Source: the human T2T-CHM13v2.0 reference genome, Homo sapiens. Taken from it: a stretch of DNA of 64,000 bases. The notes under the pieces were generated by a model. It was given only the letters and a program-made list of their open reading frames with translations, ran no database searches and was not told where the DNA came from. Positions 11,141 through 25,509 of this stretch are shown here, piece by piece. A program made the translations under genes and the position numbers. Within the stretch, counting starts at the first letter, position 1. Each line of letters opens with the position of its first letter. The DNA is taken from assembly GCF_009914755.1 (NCBI RefSeq), contig NC_060925.1. One strand, given 5' to 3'.

Positions 11141-13891
11141 ATTGCAGAGACTTTGGTCAGGTCACTGCCCATCTCTAGCCTTTGGAATTTCCTGTGTATG
11201 GTTATGGGTTGGGTCATTTCTAAGACTTTTCTCATCTCCAATACTCTATGATTCTCCAAACTGGAGTAGTGGAGTTTTATTACATTTCTTCCATCTGGGA
11301 CTTCCTGGGCTCCCAAGGGGTCCCAGAAACCCACGGTGAGCTGGGGTTGGGGTCGGGGTACTGCCATCCAGGCTCCTGTTCTTTTAAGTTGCTAGGCTCC
11401 TCACAAACCTGGAGCCACGTCCCATCCTCCCCTTTCACAGTCCTGAGCTTTTTGCTGGGAATCACCTGCTGTCCTCAGTCTTACCTACTCCCTGAAACTC
11501 CTGCTCACAGCCAGCATCTACTCTAGAGCTGATGCCTTTCCAGCTCCAAACCCCCTTCATCTTTGACTGTGACTCTACTTTTTCCCTCAGTTAAGAAAAA
11601 ATCCCAGTCCCTATCTGAGTCCAGTCCCAGGCCCCGACACCAGCTATTCTCATTTTGGACTCCATGAAAAAGGAAATGAAAGCCCAGCCCACTGAGGCTT
11701 GGCCCCTGTGGGGATTTCCTTCCCCTGCTCCATCAGCTAGACAAGGCACCTGCATCATGGGTCCTTCATTCCATGTGAATGGAAACCCCAGTCCTTGGCA
11801 GATGTGTTCATGCTTTGTTTGCATTTTAAACTGCTCTTCTCCGGGCCAGTTTCATCCCCTTCTTTTCCAGCCTCCAGCCTCCCCATTGCAGGGGCTCCCG
11901 GCCCTCCCTCTCTAATGCACCCTTTTGTGTTGCTGCAAATTGCCTTCAATTTCAGCAAAACAGACTGCCAGCTTTCCATAAAGTCCAAATTTCCTGGCCC
12001 TGAAGGAGCGGCTGGCTCTCCACCTTCTTATCCGAGTCACAAAGGAGGATCACAAAAGAGCATTTCGGATGTGACAGAAAGGTTTCCCCTATGGCCATAA
12101 ATACAGCTCTCCATGAAGTGCATGAACTAGCCCAGAGGGCCCACCCTTCACGTGCACTCAGAAAGGAGAAGCCATGTGATCATCATGATACTATAACATG
12201 GATCATAACTCATGATTAGAGCCCTTCCCATGGGCTGGGTGCTGAGCTGGGCTCTTTCAGGCACTCTCTCTTGGTCCTCATCAAAACTCTTTAAAGCGGG
12301 TGCTATGACTATCCCTACTCTACAAAGTCACTGAGGCTTACAGAAGCAGTTTCACCAGGGTCATGCAATGAGTTAGCAGTGGGCCAGGGACCCTCAGGGC
12401 TGTCTGAATACAGGTGCTTCTAATTATATCATACTCATGTGTATGGGGCTGAACCAGTGTCCAAGCATACCCATGTGCTCTTCTAGCAATGAGGACCCCA
12501 GTATGCACCATGAAGCTACTCTTTTTTCTCTCTGATGAGCAACACCCCTGTGTGCATGGATGAAAAGCCTTTTTGCACACATGGATGCCTGCCTAGGTCA
12601 TAGTGATGCCGTCCCTGTGAACACCATTCTGTGTTCTGGACCCAGCCTGGCAAGACTGCCTAGTGTTGGGCTTAATGATGAACCCACTTTCACATACACC
12701 CATATGCATCTTCCAGGAGTACTGGACTCCAGAGACCAGGATTGATTGGTGAAACTTTAGCTAATGAGCATGTTATCTAAGTGCCACCTCCCTCCGCCGT
12801 AAGGGAGATCTGTGAGCCCCTAGGGGATCCACAAGCCCCTGTTCCTTCTTTTAATCTGATTTACCCTTTTACAAACCCCCTCATGCCCACTGCCTGGCCG
12901 GGGAAGCCAGCCTTCCCCAGCCACAGAGGAAAATAATTAACTGCCATCATTCTGGCTTAATTAGCTCCAGCATGGGGAAGGCAGTTGTGATGGAAGGAGA
13001 CTGGATTTCGGGGATGTGAATTATGTGTTCCCAGTGCTTCATCACCCTCTGTTACTGTCTTATCTTTATTCATTCTGGCAAATTAAATTAGCACTGCCTT
13101 TCCAATCTTATTCTCCAGGAGAAATTAAACAACAGCAGCAAAGAGAGAATTGGCCATAATGGGGCCGTTTGATGTACTTTGATTATCCTGCGTCTTAAAG
13201 CCCCACTGCCCTGGAAAATACCAGGTAATCAGATCTCCTGGGGATGCAGTTCGGAACATTCAGGGTTAGACATTTGCCTCTTCCTTTGCCTTTTTCTCTG
13301 CTCAAAATGTCTGAATTATACTCTTTTAGCTATTTGGAAATATACAATAAATTATCATAAACTATAGTCACCCTACTGATCTACCAAACACCAGGTCTTA
13401 CTTCTATCAAACTGTATTTGTACCCACTAATCAACCTTTCTTCATTCCCCCTCTCCTTTCCACCCTCTGGTAACCACCAGTCTATTCTCTCTTTTTATAA
13501 GATGCACCTTGTTAGCTCCCACATATGAGTGGGAACATGTGATATTTGTCTTTCTGTGCTTGGCTTATTTCACTTAATATAATGACCTCCAGTTCTGTCC
13601 ATGTTACTGCAAATGACAGGATTTCATTCTTTTTTTATAGCTGAATACTATTCCATTGTGTATATGTACCACTTTTTTTTTAAATTAGATCACCCATGGA
13701 TGGGCATGTAGGTTGATTTCATATTTTGGCTATTGTGAATAGTGCTGCAGTAAACATGGGTGTGCTTATTCTCTTCATTATGTTAATTTCCTTTCTTTTG
13801 CATATACCCAGTAGCAGAATTTCTGGATCACATGGTAGTTTTATTTTTAGTTTTCTGAGGAAAAAACAGTTTCTCACAGTGCATGTACTAA

Positions 13892-14203
<312 letters not shown>

Positions 14204-14303
14204 TGATCAGGTGTGAGGTGATATCTCATTGTGGTTTTGATTTGCATTTCTCTAAAGTTTAGTGATGTTGAGCATTTTTTCATATACCTACTGGCCATTT
14301 GTA

Positions 14304-14310
<7 letters not shown>

Positions 14311-14334
<24 letters not shown>

Positions 14335-14411
14335 GGAGACGGAGTCTCGCTCTGTCGCCTATGTTGGAGTGGAGTGCAGTGGTATGATCTCGGCTCACTG
14401 CAAGCTCCCGG
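14311..14411 (-). mobile_element. Short 5'-truncated AluY-like 3' end within L1MA
   Basis: T-tract, then GAGACGGAGTCTCGCTCTGTCGCC...CTCACTGCAAGCTCC. TSD GTATGTCTTCTTTT at 14301-14314 and 14412-14425. Confidence 0.9.
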
Positions 14412-16731
14412 GTATGTCTTCTTTTAAGACAAAAAGAAGACTCTGATTCTTTTAAAATTAAAATCAGATTATTTATTTGTTTAGCTATTGAGTTGTTTGA
14501 GCTCCTTATATATTCTGTTATTAATCCCTTGTCAAATGAATAGTTTGCACGTGTTTTCTCTTATTCTGTGGGTTATCTCTTCATTTTGTTGATTGTTTTC
14601 TTTGCTGCGCAGAAGCTTTTTAGCTTGATGTAATCCATTTGTCTATTTTTGCTTTGGTTGCCTGTGTGTTTGAGATCTTACACAAAAATTCTTTGCTCAG
14701 ACCAATGTCCTAGAGTGTTTTCTTCTGGTGGTTTCATAGTTTCAGGTCTTAGATTTAAGTCTTTAATCCATTTTGATTTGATTTTTGGGAATGGTGAGAA
14801 ATAGGGGTATAGCTTCATCCTTCTGCATATGGTTATCCCGTTTTATTGAAGAGACTCCTTTCCCCACTGAATGTTCTTGGCACCTTTGTTGAAAATGAGT
14901 CAGCTATAAGTGTGTGGGTTTATATCTGGCTTCTTAATTTTGTTCTGTTGGTCTATGTGCCTGTTTTTATGCCAGTACCATGCTTATTTTGTTACAATAG
15001 CTTTGCAGTATATTTTGAAGTCAGGTAGTGTGATGTCTCCAGCTTTGGTATTTTTGCTTAAGATTGCTTTGGCTATTCAGGGTCTTTTGTGGTTCCATAC
15101 AAATTTTAGGATTTTTTTTATTTCTGTGAAGAATGTCCTTGGTATTTTGATAGGGATTGCACTGAATCTACAAATTGCTTTAGGTAGTTTTGTCATTTTA
15201 ACAATATTAATTTTTCTAATCCATGAGCATGCAATATCTTTCCATTTTTTGGTGTCCTCTTCAGTTTCTTTCATCCGTGTCTTATAGTTTTTCTTGTATA
15301 GACCCTTCACTTCTTTGGTTACATTGATTCCTAGGTTATCTTATATTCTTTGTAGCTATTGTAAATGGAGTTACTTTCTTGATTTCTTTTTCAGGTTGTT
15401 CACTGTTAGCATATATAAATCCTACTGATTTTTGTATGTCCATTTTGTATCCTGCAGCTTTACTGAATTTATCAGTTCTAACAGTTTTTTAGGGGGAGTC
15501 ATTAGGTTTTTCTAAGTATAAGCCACACTGTCTGTGAACAAGGTGAATTTGACTTCTTCCTTTCCAATTTGAATGCCCTTTATTTCTTTTCCTTTTTTTT
15601 TCCCCCATAGGTGGTTTTCAGTGGCTTATGGATGGCCTTTATTTCTTTTCCCTAATTGCTCTGGCCAGGACTTTCAGTGTTATGTTGAATAAAAGTGGTG
15701 AAAGTGGGCATCTTGTTCCAGATCTTTGTGGAAATGCTGTCAGTTTTTCCCATTCAGTATGATTTAGCTGTGGGTTTGTGACATATGGCCCTTATTATTT
15801 TGAGGTATGTTCCTGCTATACCCATTTTGTTGACAGTTTTCATCACAAAGATGTTGAATTCTATCAAATGCTTTTTCGGCATCTATTAAATGATCATATG
15901 GTTTTTGTTCTTGTTTCTGTTGATGTGATGTATTACATTTACTGATTTGTGTATGTCAAACCATCCTTGCATCCCTGGGATGTATCCCACTTGATCATGG
16001 TGAATGATCTTTTTAATATGTTGTTGAATTCAGCTTGCTAGTACTTTGTTGAGAATTTTTATATCTCTATTCATCTGTGATATTGGCCTCTCATTTTCTT
16101 TTCTTGTTGTGTCTGTCTGGTTTTGGTATCAGGGTAATGCTGGACGTGTCAAATGAGTTTGGAAGTATTCCCTCCTCTTCAAATTTTTTGAAGAGTTTGA
16201 GTAGAATTGGTATGAGTTCTCCTTTAAATGTTTGGTAGAATTCAGCAAGCAGTGAAATCATCAGGCTCTGGGCTTTTCTTGGATGGGAGACTTATGGCTT
16301 TGATTTTGTTACTCATTATTGGTTTGTTTAGGTTCTCTATTTCTTCATTGGTAGGGTGTACATGTCCTGGAATTTATCTGTTTCTTTTAGGTTTTCCAAT
16401 TTATTGGCATATAGTTGTTTGTAGCAGTCTTTGTACTGTTACAAATGATTCTTTGTATTTCTGTGGTATCAGTTGTTATGCTTCCTTTTACAGTTCTGAT
16501 TTTATTTATTGGGGTCTTCTATCTTTTTTCTTAGTTATTCTAGCTAAAGCTTTGCCTATTTTTTATCTTTTTTAAAAAACCCAAACTTTTTGTTTCATTG
16601 ATCTTCTGTATTGTTTTTTTAGTTTCAATTTCGTTTATTCCTGTTTATCTTTATTGTTTCTTTCCTTCTACTAATTTCGGGTTTGGTTTGTTCTTGCTTT
16701 TCTAGTTCCTTGACATGCATGATTAGGTTTA

Positions 16732-17176
16732 TGTATTAGTCAAGGTTCTCTAGAGGGATAGAACTAATAGAATAGATATATATATATAAAGGGGAGTTTA
16801 TTAAGCATTAACTCACAGGATCACAAAGTCCCATAATAGGCTGTCTGCAGGCTGAGGAGCAAGGAGAGCCAGTCCAAGTTCCAAAACGGAAGAACTTGGA
16901 GTCTGATGTTTGAGGGCAGGAAGCATCAGCATGGGAGAAAGATGTAGGCTGGGAGGCTAGGCCAGTCCCTCTTTTCACATTTTTCTGCCTGCTTATATTC
17001 TAGCCACACTGGCAGCTGATTAGATTGTGTCCACCCAGATTATGGGTGGGTCTGCCTTTCCCATCCCACTGAATCAAATGTGAATCTCCTTTGGCAACAC
17101 CCTCACAGACACACCCAGGATCAGTACTTGGTATCCTTCAATCCAATCAAGTTGACACTCAGTATTAACCATCACA
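16732..17176 (-). mobile_element. MLT2A (ERVL) solo LTR, MLT2A1-like
   Basis: TGTATTAGTCAAGGTTCTCTAGAGGGA...CAATCCAATCAAGTTGACACTCAGTATTAACCATCACA (reverse complement of the MLT2A start TGTGATGGTTAATACTGAGTGTCAAC). Confidence 0.92.
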
Positions 17177-17840
17177 AGTTGTTTATTTCTACTTTTTAAA
17201 TATAAGTGTTTATTGCTGTAAACTTCTCTCTTAGTGCTGCTTTTGCCGTATCCCACAGATTTTGGTATGTTATATTTCCATTTTCATTTATTTCAAGAAG
17301 TTTAAAATTTTTCTTCCTAATTTCTTCACTGACCCACCAGTTGTTCAAGAGCATGTTGTTCAATTTTCATGTGTTTGTGTCTTTTCCAAGATTCTTCTTG
17401 TTATTGATATCTAGTTTTATTCCACTGTGGTCAGAAATGATACTTGATATGATTTTAATTTTTAAACATTTGTTGAGATTTGTTTTGTGGCCTAAGATAT
17501 AATCTATTCTGGAAAATGTTCCATGTGATGATGGAAAGAATATGTATTCTGCAGCAATTGGGTGAGATGTTCTGTAAAGGTCAGTAAGGTCTTTTTGGTC
17601 TAGTGTGTAACTCCAATATTTCTTTGTTGATTTTCTGTCTGGATGATCTGTCTTTACTGGGGGTGGGGTGTTGAAGTCTCCCACTATTATTGTATTGCAG
17701 TCTGTCTCTCTCTTTAGAACTATCAATGTTTAATTTATATACTTGGGAGCTCTAGGATAGGGTGCATAGACAATTATAATTGTTATATCATCTTGCTGAA
17801 TTGACCCCTTTACCATTTTATAGTAACCTTCTTTGCCTTT

Positions 17841-18131
17841 TTTTTCTTTTTTTTTTTGACAGAGTCTCGCTGTTGGAGTGCAGTGGTGTGATCTCTGCTC
17901 ACTGCAACCTGCAACCTCCACCTCCCCAGTTCAAGCAATTCTCCTGCCTCAGCCTCCTGAGTAGCTGGGATTACAGGTGCCTGCCACCACACTCGGCTAA
18001 TTTTTGTATTTTTAGTAGAGACGGAGTTTCACCATCTTGGCCAGGCTGGTCATGAACTCTTGACCTCATGATCCACCCGCCTCAGGCTCCCAAAGTGCTG
18101 GGATTACAGGCGTGAGCCACCATACCTGGCC
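17841..18131 (-). mobile_element. AluS (AluSg-like)
   Basis: Full dimer with the GACCTCATGATCC variant; flanks CTTTGCCT(T/C)TTTTT are duplicated. Confidence 0.92.
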
Positions 18132-18182
18132 CTTTGCCTCTTTTTACAGTCTTTGATTTGTAGTCTATTTTATGCAATATAA

Positions 18183-18600
<418 letters not shown>

Positions 18601-21059
18601 TAAGGCAGCACAAACTTAGGTCTTTTTTCTTTATCCATTCAGCCACCGTATGCCTTTTAATTAGAGAATTGAATTCATTTACATTCAGTATTATTGATAA
18701 GTAAGGACTTACTGCTGCCATCTTGTTGCTTGTTTTTTTTTCGGTTGTTTTATATATCTTTTTCTTTCTTGTTGACTCACATTGTGATGAAATTATTTCT
18801 TTGGTAGTATGTTTTAATTTATTTTTTGCTTTGTGGTTACCATGAGGCTTATAAAAACATCTAATAGATATGACAAATTATTTTGAAGAGATGACAACTT
18901 ATCTTAGATCACAAAGGAAAGGACAGAAAAAAAAGAACAAATGGGAAAAAACCTCTACATTTCAACTCCACCCCGAATTTTGATGTTATGTTGTCCAAAT
19001 TTACATACTTTTATATTGTGAATATCTCAACAGGTTGCTGTAGCTATTATTATTTTTGATAGGATTTATCTTTTGGGATTCACAGTAGAGTTAGGAGTGG
19101 ATTTCACAATTCATTTCCACCACAATTACAGTATTAGAGTATTTTGGGTTTCTGTGGAGTTAATTTTACCAGTTGGTTTTATATTTCAAGTGTTTTCTAT
19201 TTGAATGTTATTTTTATTTCTTTCAGATTGAAGAACTCCTGTTAGCAATTCTTGTAAAATGGGTCTGGTGGTGGTGAATTCCTTCAGCTTTTGTTTGTCT
19301 GGAATAATCTTTATCTCTCCTTCATATTTGAAAGATAACTTTGCTGGATACTGTATTCTTAGATGGCAGTTTTTTTTTTTTTTCTTTCAGAACTTTGAAA
19401 ATGTCACCCCATTCCCTCCTGGCCTGTATGGTTTCCATTGAGAAGTCTGTTGTCAGACAAATTGGAGCTCCTTTATATGTTATTTGCTTCTTTTCTCTTG
19501 CTGCTTTTAGGACCCTCTCTTTGTCCTTGACCTTTGAGAATTTGATTAATATGTCTTGAGGTAGTCTTATTTGGGTTGAATCTACATAGTGTTCTCTGAC
19601 TTTCCTGGAGCTGGATATTTATATATTTCTCAAGTTTTGGAAAGTTTTCTGTTATTGTTTATTTGAATAAGCTTTATACTTCTTGCTCTTGCTCAACTCC
19701 CTTCCTTGAACACCAATCATTTTTAGATTTGGTCTTTTGAGGTAATTTTCCATGTCTTGTAGATGATCTTCATTCCTTTTCATTCTTTTTTTCCCCTCTG
19801 ACTGTGGATTATTTTTAAACAGCATGTCTTCAAGCTAACTGATTTTTTTTCCTCTCCTTAATCCATTCTGCTGTTGAGAACGTCTAATGAGTTTTTCAGT
19901 TGAGTACATGTATTTCTCAGTTCCAAGGTTTCTGTTTGATTTTTAAAAAATTTCAATCTTTTTGTTAAATTCCTGTGATAAATTTTAGAATTGCTTTTCT
20001 GTGTTATGTTGGAGATCACTGAGTTTTTAAAAAACTGCTATTTTGAATTCTTGGTCAGAGTGTTCACATATCACTGTCTTATTAGGGTTAGTTACTGGTT
20101 CCTTGCTTTTTGTGTTTGAATAGGTCATGGTTCCCTGTTTTGCTTTTGTTTATTGCGGATATATGTCTATGTCTTTTCGTTGAAGGATTAGTTATTTTTT
20201 GTAGTCTTTTCTGGCTGGCTTGTTTTGGTTTTTATTAGATACTCTTGCTCAGAGAGTTTGTAATTTACCTGTTGATTTTCTTTGTTTTTTCCCCATTCTG
20301 TTGCTGCCTCTTTTTGACACTAGATGGCGCCTTAAGCACATGCTTGCCTTGGTTCTAAATAAGCAACTAGAGCGCTGCGTTTACTGACTGGGGAAAGGTC
20401 CCAAAGGGGAATACCCGAGTAGTGCAGGAAGCCTGGCTAGGGGTTCATGCCCTGGGAATCTGTGGAATGAACCTCCTACAGCATGGTGCTGCTTAATGGC
20501 CACTCTGATTTGGTGTTTCCTTTGGCCGAGTTACTAAGCAGAGTTTCCAGAATTGGGGATGGTAGTCCTGCCTCCCCTCTTTGTCTCTGACTGTTTGCAG
20601 GGATATTTCTCCCTTCAGGCATTCCTGAGACTTCTCATGGATTGAGGCAGGGACACATCTTCTGCCAGGAAACCAAAGATGGTGGGGAAGTTGGTTGTTT
20701 ACTTCAATCTCACTTTTTCTGGTGTAGAAAATGTGAGTCTTGGGGAAATTTTCCATGCACTTGGTGCTGGGCAGTTTGGGAGAGGGGTGTTATGGATATG
20801 GAAGTCCAATTCTCTTAGCATCTACTCAGAGTTTTTTTGCTTCTCATGGCCCTGGGAACTGTCTCCTCTTTATATGTGAATTCTGGGATATTGCTGGCGA
20901 TCATCTCAGTGCTGTCTAGTTCTTTCTGGTTTTCTATGGAGGGGGAGTGAAGCCAGCTTGCTACGACACCACCATTTTGGAACCAGAAGCCTGGAAGTTT
21001 TTTTAAAAGATTCCAACCCAGGATGCTCTCTGAGGCAACTCCTAGCCCTGTGACCAGAG

Positions 21060-21250
21060 GACCTTCTACTCTACGGGTTGCCAAACTTGTTCTGCACACT
21101 TGTCTGTGAGACTTGTCAAAAACACAGATTCCTGGACCACAGAATATAACTCTCCAAGCTGGTGGCCTGGGAGTGTGCCTTTCCCCAAAGCTTTCAGAAT
21201 AATGTAGATTAAGGTAGTCTATGATTCAGACTTTGGGACTCACTACTCTA
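21060..21250. mobile_element. MER5-like hAT-Charlie remnant
   Basis: CTTGTCAAAAACACAGATTCCTGGACC...GGCCTGGGAGTGTGC...CAGACTTTGGGACTCACT. Confidence 0.5.
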
Positions 21251-21299
21251 ACCTTAGTGTTCCTAACTTATTTTTTTAAGGAGAGGAGGTCCCAGTCAT

Positions 21300-21712
21300 A
21301 TCCAGTGTTCATCAATATCCAGCTCTCCTCTCCTTCCTGGGTACATGGCAGCCTATACTTTCCAGCTTCCCTTGTGGTTAGGCAGACATTATGACTAGTT
21401 CTGACTAATGGACAGTGAGTAGACTTGACATGTGAAACTTCTGAGCTGAAGCAGTGAAAAGCCCCTGCAGGATCTTCCAGCTTTCCCTTATTCTTTGTTA
21501 GAGATCATGGAGGCAGCATGTTGACACAGTTGGGACATAAGATCAAAGCAACCCGGATAACTGGGTTAACACATGGAAGACAGCAGCGTTGGAGAATCAC
21601 CTGATTTTCAGTGCAGTTTGTGAGAGATAAAGAAATAGAGAGAAACTCCTAGCCAGTGAGATTTGGGGCTGTTTGTTACTATAGCATAACACTAGCCTAC
21701 CCTGATTAATAC
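21300..21712 (+). mobile_element. MLT1J-like MaLR LTR
   Basis: TTTCCAGCTTCCCTTGTGGTTAGG...GACTAGTTCTG...GAGATTTGGGGCTGTTTGTTACTATAGCATAAC...CCTGATTAATAC. Confidence 0.75.
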
Positions 21713-21791
21713 TGATCTCTCTGAGAATCTGGTGAAAACTATGGATCTTCTCCTTAGGAAAATGTGCACTTCCATATAATCATAAAATTTA

Positions 21792-21959
<168 letters not shown>

Positions 21960-22010
21960 AAAATTTAGGCTACCTTCTTGGGGTTTCTTTTCCTACCTCA
22001 GCTCTAGGAA

Positions 22011-22327
<317 letters not shown>

Positions 22328-23044
22328 CAGATCTAGGATTATTGACTCATGTCACTGCCAATTCACACTCTGTGACTTGATTTATAATAATGGTGGTATT
22401 CTCCCCCATCACTGCTCTTTGTCCCTGCTCTCCTTCATTGGTGGCCTTTGGGAGCTCCAGCTCTCTGCTCCGACTCCTCGAGTGTGTGTCCAAGTGGCCG
22501 GAAGAATGAAGGGCCTCATTTATGAGCACCTACCCTCCTTCGAAGGTATATGGGAATATAATTAGAGTTATATAATTAGGAATTATATATAATATATTCG
22601 TAATATTAAATTTGATTAAATTTCAGGGGTTTTGACCTCCCTGAATCGTACCCTCTCATTCATAAATCATGGATTAATAACCCCAACTCTTACCCGAGGC
22701 CAGAAAACTCCCAGAGGCTCATGGGACATTTTCCGGGACCTCACACATGTCTACTGAAGGATTTCCTACTCAGAAGTGGAGCCCCACCTTTGAACCCCCA
22801 GGCCTGATAGGGTTTCCTTGCCCTACCTCAGTGGCATCTACAGTCAAAGCTTAGGCTTGGCAGACATTGACATTTGCAGTCAGGATCTGCCACTTATGTT
22901 CCCGCCTGAGGCTTAGTTTCTGGGACTTCAGCTGTTAGAAAAACACCAAACTTCTGAAGACCCAAGATGCCTTCAGTCTGGGTCTCCGCTTTCGCCTGCA
23001 AGGGGCTGACTTCCAGCTTGGCAAAGGGGAGAATCCCTGAGTCA

Positions 23045-23170
23045 CTGAGTTCTGGATTCAAGAGATGGATCAGACACTTGCTAGATGTGTAGGTTTGAAC
23101 AAGTCACTTAACATTTCTAGGCCTCAGTTTCTCCATCCATGAAATGTGAATATTGTATTAGATGATCCCT
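23045..23170 (+). mobile_element. MIR fragment
   Basis: AACAAGTCACTTAAC...GCCTCAGTTTCTCCATC. Confidence 0.7.
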
Positions 23171-23451
23171 CCCATGTCCACACATCTTCCACTCTAACTA
23201 AACCAGGCAGGTCTCTACTCTGGAGACCATCCCTACCTCCCCGCCTTTGCGCATGCCAATTCGTCTGCCAAGAGAGCTCCCCCCTTTCCCATCTCCATCT
23301 CTCACTTTTAAATATTCCCTACATTCTAAGGCCTGGTTCAAAAGCCATCAAAGTCTCCCGTGACTCAACTAGAAGGACTGAATAGTCTTGTGGCTACCCT
23401 TCATTTTCTGCTGTTATCTCTGTATTTCCCAGGCTCTCCCAATTAGAGAAA

Positions 23452-23660
23452 GCCAATGTTTATTGAACACCTACTATATGCCAGATTTTGTGTAATGTGC
23501 TTCACCAGGATCCACTTTTGATTTTTCCCAGCAACCTGTGAGGTAGACATGATGATACCATTTCACAGAGGTGGACGTGGAGGCTTAGGGAGATCAGGTG
23601 AGTCATCACAGGTAGGGACCAGTAAGGGACATTTGGACCTAGGACTGTCTGCCTCCCACG
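23452..23660 (-). mobile_element. MIR
   Basis: GTTTATTGAACACCTACTATATGCCAG...CCATTTCACAGAGG. Confidence 0.75.
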
Positions 23661-24864
23661 TGGGGGGTCCCTAGTGCAGGGGCTGCATCTTGTCCCTGGT
23701 GGGCACCCTATGGGTGCTTGTTGAGGGGCTGGTGGGTTGTACCCGCCTCCAGCTGCCTGTGGCTCAGAAATTAGCAGGTATAACCATGCGGCTCTGGGCA
23801 TGGGTTTGATGATCAAATGCTGGGCAGGTCTCTCTCCTTTCAGCAGTTCCAAAGCTCAGACAAGAGGAGAAGAAACCTGTGCTAGGTGCAGATGCATCCC
23901 CCTCCGCCTCTGTGTCGCTAAGGGCATGCGGGTGGACTGCAGAGTGCGTCTTGGCGGCTGGACTTGGGAGAATTAACTTCTCCACTCAGGGCTTACATTT
24001 CAGGCTGCTGTGAGCAGAGGCAGGAGGTGGTGGAGTGGAGCGGAGCGGGAGGTGGGGAGGGGAAGGTGCGAACTCCCAGCCCTGATGCTCCGGCATCTGT
24101 GGCTTCTCTGCTGCCTCTCCCCATCGCTCTTTCTCTGTGCTTATTATTCTCTCCCCCATCTCTTCAGTCTCACTGTGGCCTTTTCCATCTTCCCCAGCTC
24201 GTTCCTCCATTCCTCTGCCTGCGTCTGTTGTGACATGTTTCTCTCTCTTGTCTCCCTCCGCCTCTGCCTGAGAGTGTGTCCTGTGAGCGTCCCCCTCTCT
24301 CTCTGAGATTGTGCCTCTTTCTCATTTATATCCTCTCACAACGGCTCTCTCTTCGTGGATTTGTCTGTAACTGCCTTTGTATATTCGTGTATCTGATTTT
24401 TCTATCTTTATCTCCCGCTAGGCATTTCTTATTCTGTGTTTTTACTTCCTAGTGTGAATCTGTTTTTTCTCTTCCTTTCCCCCTCTCCTACCTCTTCATA
24501 TGTATGATCTCATCTCCATGCCCCCACCTCGCACTGTGTGTGTTTCTCTCTTTCCTTCCTTGTGAGTGTGTGTGGAGGGTGCACTTGGTGTCTTTGTGTG
24601 CTAAAGGCTTTCTTGATGTCTCTTCTCTGTTTCTCAATGAATCGATGGAATCTCTCTCCCTCTCTTACTCGCTTGCTCCTCCCACCCCATATTTGCTGCT
24701 GGTACCAACATGGAAATCTGGGAGACTCAGATGGGAGGGCCTTGAGTTCCAAGGAAGGGGGAATCAGCTTTCGGGCAGGCAGGCAGCTCTCAGCTGGGCA
24801 TCAGGAAGGAAGGAACATGTTGCAAATCCAAGGGGGACTCTGAGTCATCTCATCCGGGGCAGCG

Positions 24865-25065
24865 GGAAAAACACTGGACTCTGAGCCAGAGAAACAGAGT
24901 GGGAGCCTGGAGCCTGCTTCTTCCACTTCCTGTGTGACCTTGGGCAAGTCACCTAACCTGTCTGACCTCAGTTTCCTCATTAGTAAGATGGAGCTGTTGT
25001 AAAGATTAAATGAGTTCATTGCTATAGAACTGGAAGCCCAGTGCATGATGCAGGGAGTGCAATGA
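24865..25065 (+). mobile_element. MIR
   Basis: TGTGTGACCTTGGGCAAGTCACCTAACC...CTCAGTTTCCTCAT. Confidence 0.85.
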
Positions 25066-25509
25066 AGAGATGGATGAGCCAGGGTTCAAAAGCTTCCCCC
25101 AAGTGGACAAAGGCCCACAGGAGGATGCTGGATGGAGGAATTGCTGGAGGTCAAGGAAGGAGCCAAGGAGGTGTCCTGGAGGCAGGTGCAGAGGACAGGC
25201 TGCGGGAACATCAGACAGTGGGTTGGGGTCATGGGGGCAGCAGGAGGTTGATGCTGGTGCCTCCCTCTTTAGCCCAGACCCCCTTTCCCACACCCCAGGT
25301 ATTCCCAGTCCCTCTCTCCAGGGGGGGCCACCACAGGGGCTCCTCAGAGGTAGAAAGCTGGAGACAACGCCTGCCAGGGCTGGCAGAGTGACCAAGGCCC
25401 TGGACTCCAACCTGTAGTTCGGAGGGAATCAGAGCTTGTGCTGTAGATGCCTAGCTGGGGTTGCCTTTCTGCCCCTGCCCAGTGCCTAGGGCTGGGACAG
25501 ACGTGCTCA

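Noticed and set aside
22545-22625. AT-rich island with short palindromes
   Set aside because: Short low-complexity AT sequence in which such palindromes are expected by chance.
23900-24095. G-rich segment as a CpG-island promoter
   Set aside because: Too short and too few CpGs, with no downstream exon structure evident.
24090-24690. CT/GT-rich 600-bp stretch as a structured element
   Set aside because: It looks like degenerate low-complexity sequence with no clear period or terminal repeats.
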